Of a stretch of 64,000 bases of DNA, positions 12,600-21,832 are shown one piece after another. The stretch is from an uncultured Nitrososphaerales archaeon (GTDB taxonomy: Archaea > Thermoproteota > Nitrososphaeria > Nitrososphaerales > Nitrososphaeraceae). The number at the start of each line of letters is the position of its first letter. Positions within the stretch are counted from its first letter, which is position 1. Position numbers and translations under genes: made by a program. The notes below the pieces were generated by a model. The model had not been told where the DNA came from, did no database searches, and worked only from the letters and a program-made list of their open reading frames with translations. The stretch lies in the NCBI GenBank assembly GCA_963709405.1, contig CAVPXM010000047.1:1-64000 (forward strand), written 5' to 3'.

Positions 12600-12877
12600 T
12601 ACATCATATCAAATCAGCTAATAGTGAATTAGACAAACAGCATAAAGAACTAGAAGAACTTTACGAAGAGAACAAAAATATCAAAGAAGAATTAGACAAA
12701 CAGCGCATAAAAGCTGATGAATACAGAAAGGAGAAGGATGAAATGCAGCGACAGTTGAAAGAAATTCAAGATAGACTGTCAAAAATAGAATATGATACAC
12801 ACAATATTATGAGGAAGAATGAGGATAAAAGTGATAATCTCAAGAGACCAGTAGGGAAAAAACGTGGAGCAGTATAA
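12600..12877 (+). pseudogene. Headless coiled-coil ORF remnant beside the IS end
   Basis: Open frame SANSELDKQHKELEELYEENKNIKEELDKQRIKADEYRKEKDEM...* with no start codon at its 5' end. Confidence 0.4.
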
Positions 12878-12952
12878 CTCAATAAAGATATTCTTGAATA
12901 AGCCATTGTTATCATAATTGTCGCGGATGGTTACGATTCTTTTATAAAATTT

Positions 12953-13150
12953 TTATAAAATTAAATTCATATCTCCAAATTCATGTCACAAGTATTTTTG
13001 TCGAATAGCCTCCTCATATGCTTGATGTATTCGTTTGGCTGGAAGAAATGCAGTAAGCAAATCTAAATGACTCGCCTCCGGTTCATGCAAGCCAGTTAAT
13101 AAGCCATCGATGGCCTTTAGTCTATGATTAGCATCTACATGCAGGTGTCC
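12953..13150 (-). pseudogene. QueA-like (SAM:tRNA ribosyltransferase-isomerase family) C-terminal relic
   Basis: Manual translation: LKAIDGLLTGLHEPEASHLDLLTAFLPAKRIHQAYEEAIRQKYL*HEFGDMNLIL*; TGA sits where Trp is expected. Confidence 0.75.
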
Positions 13151-13384
13151 AAATCCCACCGTATAATGAATAAATATGTTCTAAATTGTACCTAATCCAC
13201 TACAACTGGAAGATTGAAGGAAGTGTTGTCAGAAATTGCATTTGTTGAAGAATTGGGGAATGGGATATATGCAAATATAAAAGATGACAACCAAACTTAA
13301 ATACGAATTTAATATCTAAATATCATATCAGGTTTAGCAAGATAGTCTAATAACTGATAAGTATAACCAGCGACACATTCTCAA

Positions 13385-13675
13385 ATGATGACATGGCTTG
13401 ATATGTACAATGAGTTTATGAAAAACCTTGAGAAGGTAAACCAACTACAGAAAGACTATGTTAGCAACCTAGAAAGGATAAACTACTTGTATAATGAATC
13501 TATTAACAACATTGAGAAAGTAAATGAGCTCTATAAAGAACATGCTAAAACTTATGAGAAAATGAACACAGCATATGAACAGCAATCTGAGAATATGCAG
13601 AGAATGTATCAGAAGTGGCTTGATCTATTTTCAAAATCATGGGAACAGCACCAAAACCAAAATGAAAAGCGTTAA
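13385..13675 (+). CDS. Small amphipathic helical protein, possibly phasin-like
   Basis: All-helical with repeated NxE(K/R)xN segments and terminal Trp motifs; TATA-like AACTTAAATA upstream. Confidence 0.5.
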   Translation: MMTWLDMYNEFMKNLEKVNQLQKDYVSNLERINYLYNESINNIEKVNELYKEHAKTYEKMNTAYEQQSENMQRMYQKWLDLFSKSWEQHQNQNEKR

Positions 13676-14161
13676 AGGATTTTAATATTTTCTTTCTCGC
13701 TTTAATACCCTTATCTGCAAATAGGTTATGAATAAAGTGACACAGTATTCTAGTTTTAAATAATTACATCGTTTGTTTTAGTATTTCTTTACCAGATCAG
13801 ATATTTCTTTATTATTTGAGATGGTTGAAAAGCTGATAGACTTGCATGAGTCTAGAGCCAAAGACTCACCTGTGCCGATAAGGATAAGGCATGACTAGAT
13901 TAGAAGACAATCTTATGCTGATGATATTCTGCCTACTTTTCTACATTTATCAACAATGAGCTTTCCATTGATATCTACACCCTCAGCAAAACAAAACTGA
14001 CATCCTACTTGCAGAAAATGCAGTCAAGGGCATCTCAAAGTTCCAGAGGGCTTTGCTACTTTTCCAAAAATTAAAAATTAAAGCAGAAATTATGAAATGT
14101 TTCTAATATTTAGAATTAAGAGTATGCAGCCTCGCCTTTAAAAGTATAATACCAACGCCAT

Positions 14162-14437
14162 ATGCTACCTGAGGAAGGAATAATAAAAATGACCTGCAAA
14201 GGCAAATGTATAAGACATAGAGCGCAAAAACCTCCACCTGCTATAAGCAGATATAATGCAGGACAAAAACGATGTCAGGCATGCGAGCTTTTTATAAAAT
14301 GGGAAGGAGTATTCTGTCCTTGTTGCGGTTGTCGATTAAGAACAAGGCCACGGAACTTGAATTATAAAGTAAACTTAAAAGCAAGAAAGGAAATAGAAAA
14401 CGCTAAAATATTATTATCTATGCAGCATGAGCGGTAG
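14162..14437 (+). CDS. Small Cys-rich zinc-binding protein
   Basis: CKGKC...KRCQACELF...CPCCGCRLRTRPR. Confidence 0.75.
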   Translation: MLPEEGIIKMTCKGKCIRHRAQKPPPAISRYNAGQKRCQACELFIKWEGVFCPCCGCRLRTRPRNLNYKVNLKARKEIENAKILLSMQHER

Positions 14438-14868
14438 GCTATTTCTGATAAACAAGACCATTTAACAACTCAGTCATAGAACGAGTTTGAAGAAAATAAA
14501 AAAGAGTTAGGAGTATAGATAATACTCTATCATATGTCTCGAACTTCTAACTGATCCATAGAACTATAAGTCATATCTTAGTAATAAACTCAGAGATTCA
14601 GCCTAGTTACTGGATGAAGAAATGTTGAACCTCAAAATGAATTATAACATGGTATTTCTGTTAAAAAAAGTCCTCGTTGCAATTTAAACCAAATCTTATT
14701 TATTCATCCCCGTATAAGACAGCCCTCGGTATACTAACAATGAACGTCGATCTCAGGCAATAAAGACATAAGTAATGGCTAGCAAGGAAAAGGCTCTCCT
14801 TTAACATTGATTGCATTGGGATATTTCATCTTCAAAAAGAATATGTACTACATATTATTGACTTAATA

Positions 14869-15207
14869 TTGAACAATATGCCACATGCCAAACAACTTAA
14901 AGCTCACTGGAAGGAAGGAAAAAGAGACGAAGGAGCGAAAATGGTAGTAGATTTTTACAATGGGCTAATTGGAAAAGCAAAGGGATTCAAGGGTTTCATA
15001 ATGACTGGCAGCTTAGATTATCCACAAAAAACAGTTAACATATCTTTATGGGAAACAAGAGAAGACATGGATAATTATTACGCAAATGATAAGGACTATG
15101 CATCATTCCTAGATTCTATTAACCCATTATTTGATCAAGAAGTAGAAATAGTCGTACCCTCAAAGCAGACTGATTATACTGTTTTTGAAGTCAACATGGG
15201 CAAATAA
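14869..15207 (+). CDS. Antibiotic biosynthesis monooxygenase (ABM)-like dimeric alpha-beta barrel protein
   Basis: AKGFKGF...ISLWETREDM pattern. Confidence 0.75.
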   Translation: MNNMPHAKQLKAHWKEGKRDEGAKMVVDFYNGLIGKAKGFKGFIMTGSLDYPQKTVNISLWETREDMDNYYANDKDYASFLDSINPLFDQEVEIVVPSKQTDYTVFEVNMGK

Positions 15208-15590
15208 CATTATAATTCGTCTCTTACTTTTATTTTTTTAGATGTCCTTTGCAGCATTATAGCATAGCAGACGAAGATCTTTTGATGATGGTTGCTATCG
15301 TTATAGTTTGAATAATATCTTTTGTTTACTTTTTGAAAATATAGCTAAATCTCTTTTCAATACATTCCACTCAACAGATATATCCATGAATTGGAGCAAA
15401 AAACCGCTTTTTCTCAAGACCGTTTATACTCGGGTTCTAACGCAATAAGATTAATTTTATATCATTAGATAAATGTTAATGAGAAAAAATTACTCTAAAT
15501 ATATCTGCAGAGAAAATACTGCATATCAGGTAAGAACAAAAATAAAATGGATAGATCTATTATATTTGGAATCTTATCTCTTATTGCTAC

Positions 15591-15697
15591 GTAGATTATT
15601 TTTACTTCCATTCCCACATTTTTGTTGTTTCGTTATTGCCATATACTAAAGATGTATCTAGGCCTACGAAGTTCTTAAGAAAAGCAAGTTTTCCTGT
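15591..15697 (-). pseudogene. Inverted, diverged copy of the 3' end of gene 10840-11466 plus its downstream flank
   Basis: TGKLAFLKNF...TTKMWEWK* followed by AAAATAATCTAC, as at 11371-11478. Confidence 0.75.
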
Positions 15698-15955
15698 AAC
15701 AACGAGATACATGAATAATTTCCAAGGATTGATGGCACACCATGAAAATCTCTCTTGCGGATCAGGAGTATTTACATCCAAAAATGTACTTTTTATCTGG
15801 CTATAAATTAGTATCGAGAATCCAAACTGTGTTTGGATGATTGGCTCGCTTCCACCGGAACAACAATTTTGACATTGATTGATTCTTAAGAGAAAGGTCA
15901 TCCTAATTAGCTAATTATAAAAAGAAGAATTATTAAATAAATCAAAGACTGAATT

Positions 15956-16220
15956 TTGTCTCCTGATCGCAAGGGTTTTGATTTTGGCATATTGATACAT
16001 GGTGGAGCAAGCGTTGAAAAAATAAAAAGAACAAATGAAATTACGAGGTCTCTTAAGTCTGCCGTTTCTTATGGTTTCGATTTGCTAAAGAGAAGTAGCA
16101 ATAAGACGGTCGATTCAGTAGAAGGCAGCAGTAGCAAGCAGGGAGGATAGTGGTGTATTCGATGCTGGTGTTGGTGCTTACCTTACAATTGACAAGACCG
16201 TAGAGATGGACGTAGAAATT
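15956..16220 (+). pseudogene. Isoaspartyl peptidase/L-asparaginase (Ntn hydrolase) N-terminal fragment
   Basis: ILIHGGA...DSVE, then after a shift EDSGVFDAGVGAYLTIDKTVEMD; truncated. Confidence 0.75.
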
Positions 16221-16269
16221 ATGTATAAGTGAAGTAGATAAAAACTCGAAGAGGCTCAAAAGCGTTCTT

Positions 16270-16590
16270 TAAAGGGCATCAGTAACATCGTTAAGACGAA
16301 ACTCCAGTACCTTATTAAAACAAGATAAAGCTTCTTCATACTTCCGTAGAGAGACTAAGGCTACCCCTTTTGAAACTAGAGGAATTTCTATTTCTGTACT
16401 CTTAATTCCAGGGCCTTATCAAAGTAGTATATAGCTTCTTCATTCCTCTGCATTTTTCGGAGACTTTCTCCCTTTCCAACTAACGCAGTGAGGTTTGATT
16501 CAATTCTAAGAGATTTGTCAAAAATTTCTACAGCATTATTATCATCGCCCATTGCTGATAGAACGCATCCTTTATAGGCTAATAACCAGA
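16270..16590 (-). pseudogene. TPR-repeat protein relic
   Basis: Fragments KGVALVSLRKYEEALSCFNKVLE and KGCVLSAMGDDNNAVEIFDKSL. Confidence 0.6.
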
Positions 16591-16757
16591 GTAATCACCT
16601 AAACGCGGCAGGGAGTTTCCAATTATTCTATATAAGATATGTGATTTTCTAGATTTCGTACTATTTTGTTATAGTCTGACTTATCAACAAGTTATAAATT
16701 GTATTTGCGTAACAGTAACATCATCATACTAGTGTGTTTTCCGTATTTGATGATATT

Positions 16758-17447
16758 CTAATTGATATTTTTGAACCCTAAAACCTCCTTTAACTTTTCT
16801 TTATCTTCTACGATCTCATCAATTGGATAACCTTCTTGTTTCGCAACTTCATAAATCCTATCAAACATATCTATAATTGCCTTCGCCATTTCTGCTAAAT
16901 TATCTATCTTTTGTAGAAGGTCTACTGATACTTGTCGTGACAACTCGTTAGCCCTTGATAGCACTTGTAGTCGATCTTCCCTCATTATATTATAATTCAA
17001 TTTCGTGCCATAACGCGACATGATTTCCTCTAGAACATAATCTATTATTGACTGTGGCATGTCCTCATATTCGGATTCATTGTGAAGTATCACCTCTTCC
17101 TGATTTTCTTGCCTTTCCTCTTCTAGAGAAGGCGAGAGCAATGCTGTATCGGGGCCTGAGGTGTTGCTTAGATCCTTTGAACTATCAGTGCTGCCGTCTA
17201 CCTCACTACAATAATCCCTTAACAAATCCTCTATATGATTACGTAGAACAGCAGACGGAGTGTGAACATCTGCTAGTCCTTTTTGGTATAGGTATTCAGT
17301 TAGCACCTTAAACTTTCTATACTGGTCTACAGATACTTTGGTTGATATAACTTTAGTTTGTTGTTGCTCTCTCTCGAAACTATCTTCTGGATAGGAACTC
17401 GGTTGACTTGTCACCACCAATTGTAGACAAAAGAAATCTATAAACAT
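16758..17447 (-). CDS. Hypothetical element-borne protein with a putative ribbon-helix-helix N-terminus and acidic linker
   Basis: TKVISTKVSVDQYRKFKVL...PSAVLRNHIEDLL resembles a strand-helix-helix pattern. Confidence 0.45.
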   Translation of the reverse strand: MFIDFFCLQLVVTSQPSSYPEDSFEREQQQTKVISTKVSVDQYRKFKVLTEYLYQKGLADVHTPSAVLRNHIEDLLRDYCSEVDGSTDSSKDLSNTSGPDTALLSPSLEEERQENQEEVILHNESEYEDMPQSIIDYVLEEIMSRYGTKLNYNIMREDRLQVLSRANELSRQVSVDLLQKIDNLAEMAKAIIDMFDRIYEVAKQEGYPIDEIVEDKEKLKEVLGFKNIN

Positions 17448-18076
17448 TCAGTAGACCGACAGGATGCTGACACTTTTACTAGACAAAAGAGAATACATAG
17501 CGTAACGCGCAAAATTTGAAGCACCTACATTCACACTCGATCAGAAAACATATGTAGGTAGATAGTGATGTTACCATCATTACAATTACTTTTCTGGATA
17601 TAATTTCGTAATGTACAATTCAACGTTAACTGATATGCGGGTCAAAGGTAAACTGATAGATATTCAGTTATTAAGTTGAAATTAATGTAAAAGTCTTATG
17701 GAAAATGTTGTAGAGATAACTTTTAGAGTTACTGTTGTTGTAAAAAGATTCTACAGTCTATACTATATAGATCTGCACCTCTTATATATATGAATCTAGG
17801 TAGACCGAAATAACGAATGGTATTATGGTAGACTGATATTATCAACAGAATAATTAAGGTACGGTATACGGTGTATTGTACGTTAATTCATCAATGATAT
17901 ATCCTGTAGATAATCTGCCATGAGTCAAAAAAATAGTTTTCAGTATTGTTTAACTTATAACACTTAACAGAAGATCATGATATTGGTAATCTATTATTCA
18001 TCTCAGATAAAAAAGTGCGAACCTAATTGGAAATTTAGATTCGCAGATAATCTCTGTTATTGCGATTCTATCATGA

Positions 18077-20141
18077 CTAGTTATACTTCCAGTTATTCTT
18101 GTTAAGTGTTGCTAGGTTAATGATAAAGTCATTTCTCTTTTTATTTAAAATGAAAAGTTCTATCTCTGACGGATCTGCAATCCTCTTAACTTCAGTTTCC
18201 AATAGTGATTTTGCGGCACCTTTAACACCCTTAAGTAACAAGATAACATGTGCAATATCCGGAATGAACAGTGTGATAATATATGACCTGAATAACAACT
18301 GGTCTTTTGGGTCCTTGATATTTGTACATTTATCAATAAACTGCTGCATAATATCCTGTGGATAGTTATGGTCAGGCAACACCTGAGGTCTCTGACCGTA
18401 TCTTGTAAACAGTATTGGTTGTTCGGTTAATTTTGAGTTTGGATTTCTCAGCTCTGCTATTGGGTAATCTGTTAAGCTGCCGTTTTGTAGCTAGCCGCCA
18501 AGTTCCTATGTCTCTTTCAATCGCAATACAAGTCCAGCTTTCATCTGTTTGGTCATAGTAAATAACTTCATTTTTCTCTTTCCATGCCACACGTAGATGA
18601 AGAGTGATTGTTCTTCCTTCAAGTATAGCATCTGTTTTGAGAGTCTCTATTGCTTTTTCTAGCGAATCATTTGATATAACTCGTTTGTTTCTATTGCATT
18701 TGAGAAGACCTCTAAGGTGATAGGCGAATTTCTTGCTATCCATGGAAACGACTTCGACATGATCAACGATATGGATAATAGAATATGGCACGCCACCTGT
18801 GTCTTTAAAGAAGATGTCTCCATTGGATTCTGCCAACCTAACCATTTCATTAGCCACAATATCTTCTCTACCTAGAGAAGAATCCCCTACTGGAGTATTA
18901 CTAACGATGCTAGTTGTACCTGTAATAGCAGTTTCAGGTCTAATTTCGAGGGCATTATTTAGCTTTGCCAGTATCTCATTAACACGCGACTCATCTTCAT
19001 TATTGTATTTGGTCAGAATATATCTCAGCTGGGAAATGCCTCGAAGTGGCTTTCCAATCTTGCCCTTGTTATAAGTCTCTGACACAACATCTAACCTACT
19101 ATCCATTTCTTCATCGTCTGCCTTCTTGCATAACCTACCCACTAACATAGTTGCAGTTGATTGAGATATGTGATTGTAGAATAGATGTCCTGCAAGTCCA
19201 TAGATTAGATCGTTACGAGCATGTTCAACATACGAATTACTGTCGATGAGAATTATATCAATAGTTTTTTCGATGTGTTCATTCGAGAGAGATTTGCTGG
19301 GTGGTAGCGCTTGTTGCTGCTGAACTGGTGGATTTGATTGTGAAGGATACGCATCCAGAGTAAGAATATTGTCTTCTGTTGGTTCCTTTCTGAGATAGTC
19401 GGACATTGCATTTATGATTTTCTGGAATATAGTGTCCTCTTCATCAATATAGATCTGTTCAGCTGTGCTCACTCTTCTGTAATTCCAATAAGGGTATTTT
19501 CGATGTCTACTGGTTGGAAGATGCATCGTTCCAAGTGATAAATCTGTTTTTATTTCAATCTCTGCATTTAGTTTAAAACTAGCTCGACCCATTGCCTCAT
19601 GGAATATTGGTGTTAAGATATAGAAGTGGTAACCATAATCTTTGTGGCTTTTAACTACAAACGTGATTCCATTGAGGGTCTCCAATAGAGACTTTAGTGC
19701 TTCGTATGCCTGCCTCGAATCGATGTCTACACCGTATAGATACAATGCCCTACCTTTGGAATCCTTCAAGTCAGTGAGGCCGAAGGTTGTAGCAACGTTG
19801 TAGAAGAGATGTGACTTTTCCTGCAAACGTATTTCTGTCCAGAAATTAACATTTTCATAAATAATTCTAACAGGTTTGCCTTCTGCTGATGGGAACTGTG
19901 TGATCTCATGTTCGCTAATCAAATTATCATATACATTAGCCCGTCTTGAATCCGCATGTAACGGAATTAGTTTCCTAAATCCTGTTCTGTAAAGTTGAAT
20001 TAGTGTTTGAACGAGGATTGTTTTACTATTATTAGGAATACCACCTTCATTATCAATAATATCTCGGCTAACTCTGTTCGTTTTAGCCTGAATGTTTATA
20101 TCCTTATTGACATTATTATCTATTGATGAGTTCTTTTCCAT
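18077..20141 (-). CDS. Prim-Pol (AEP-type primase-polymerase) fused to a helicase-like NTPase; frameshifted and C-terminally truncated
   Basis: YGVDIDS (DxD), GYHFY, HLPTSRH and a helical PriCT-like RNDLIYGLAGHL segment; ORF 18077-18382 carries Walker A GVKGAAKS; GGAGTGA RBS-like site before the start. Confidence 0.7.
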
Positions 20142-20158
20142 TTTTTTTGGTCACTCCT

Positions 20159-20353
20159 TTATAGATCTGCTTTCTTTACAACAAGTGAATCGTCAACGAT
20201 AGTGCATTTTACGTAGTCTCCTTTGGAGATTTTCAGCCTCTCTACAAAATCTCGAGGGACTACTAAAACAAATGTTGTATTTCCATGTATTGCCTGTATT
20301 TTTCGTACTTCTGGTTTTTCTGTATTGGATATATTATACATATCATAATCCAT
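20159..20353 (-). CDS. AbrB/MazE/SpoVT-type DNA-binding protein
   Basis: VRKIQ...TFVLVVPRDFVERLKISKGDYVKC. Confidence 0.85.
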   Translation of the reverse strand: MDYDMYNISNTEKPEVRKIQAIHGNTTFVLVVPRDFVERLKISKGDYVKCTIVDDSLVVKKADL

Positions 20354-21420
20354 CCCGAGGAGGTAAGTACTTGAGAACTATTAGCCAGGAATTAAGCGTG
20401 ACTGTCATCCTGCTCTTCCTCTTCATTCGTCTTCTATTCCGGGTAGTTCTCCGGATTCTCTTAACTCTTCCAATTTTGCAATAATTTTTTGGATTGGGAA
20501 AGTCCGTCTCTAGGGAACAATGTACTTCCAAAATACTTCAGGTCCAACTTTTTGGATTATCGAATCTAGTTCTATACGCTTTTCTTGTAAATATGGATCA
20601 TCCCCCTCCCTAAACAGTTTGGGATTTGGGGCATACTCTTCTTCTACATTCTCTAAATCTATATCATCATCATAACCATTATCCTGCAGCCATTTCACGA
20701 CGTCTTGAGTGATACCAATCCTCTTGATATTAATACGCATTTTTTCATTAGCCCTTCGCCACATGTTTATTCCATCAATATCGAAGTCAGTCAGAACACA
20801 AACGTTAATACGGCCAGCTTCATGTGCCAGTCTCATTAAATCTGTTACATAATCTACAAAGTGTCCAGCAGTTGCAACTAGTGCAATACGATACTTTTGT
20901 GCAAGCATCAAGTAATACATCTGTGATACCCTCTTTTTCGACAATAATCATATCAGTTACTTTTATTCTGGCAAGTTCCTCTTTACTATCAAAGCTACGG
21001 GATATACACGGCCGTTGATGTATAACATGGCCCTCGCTTTTGCAACAATTCCTAAAGACTCCCTTGTAACACTGCCATCTGGCCACAATTCCTTTATGAC
21101 TTTGTTAATACTGCTTGTGAAGCCTTTTCTAACTGTATTCCAATCATATATTTCTCGTTCTTTACTATCAGTTACCTTATTTCTTGGTTTAAATTCTCTA
21201 TACCAACTACCAGATTGTGTGAGTCTATCCTTAACCGCATCCGAAGGATTTCTGCTAATTTGCTTATGTCTATTTTTTAGCAAATCTACAAGAAATGGTC
21301 TATAGATTCCACCTAGACCAGTATCCTGTTCTCTGAAAGCATCAATCATGCCGGATAAAATTTGAGTGAGTGTACCGCCTCTGTTGCTGACTGGTAACAC
21401 ATACCCCTCATTCTGAAGCC
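20343..21420 (-). CDS. Stand-alone Topo VI-A/Spo11-like (WHD + Toprim) protein, paralogue of the C-terminal half of 21833-23803; about three frameshifts
   Basis: DRLTQSGSWYR, LGIVAKARAMLY, IIVEKEG, ALVATAG, LTDFDIDG and RIELD motifs in successive frames. Confidence 0.75.
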
Positions 21421-21689
21421 ATCCTGCTATTGTATCAAAGTGCGACGCTTGACTGTGTGTAGATTCTACCTAGAGTATTACGAAATTGCATGGTGTAAGT
21501 TGTCGCTATTCCAAGATAATCAAAGGGGTTTTCGTGTTTAACTATCTTAATAGGAATACACTTTAGTATTCTATCATTTTTATAAAATACTGTAAGTGAG
21601 AACTCTTCATTGTTTACTTCTCGTTTTTATTTCTGTAGCAGTACATTTGTAGATGATATTTTCTGTTGTATCAGCTAGAATCCCTTAAC

Positions 21690-21752
21690 AAGTCAGGGTG
21701 GCATGGTTGTGGTCTGCCAACGTGACCATGACCAAGACCGTGTCACTTACTT
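21690..21752 (+). repeat. Imperfect inverted repeat/hairpin with 6-bp periodic GACCxx units
   Basis: GTGGCATGGT (21698-21707) pairs with ACCGTGTCAC (21737-21746) using G-U; inner TGTGGTC pairs with GACCATG. Confidence 0.55.
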
Positions 21753-21832
21753 CCTATATTAAGATATGGTAGGGTAAGCGTTTTTGGGGTATCAATTCGG
21801 TTTAGCCTAGATTGTCCGAATCTTGCACCCCT

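Noticed and set aside
11499-12603. IS terminal inverted repeats (TGTAGCT ... AGCTACA)
   Set aside because: Only 7 bp match and no target-site duplication seen; IS ends left undefined
13144-13161. GGTGTCCAAATCCCACCG resembles the tRNA-Lys T-arm (GTCCGAATCCCACCG), a possible att site
   Set aside because: Opposite orientation to the tRNA (att sites are direct repeats), short, mismatched, and at the edge of the QueA-like relic
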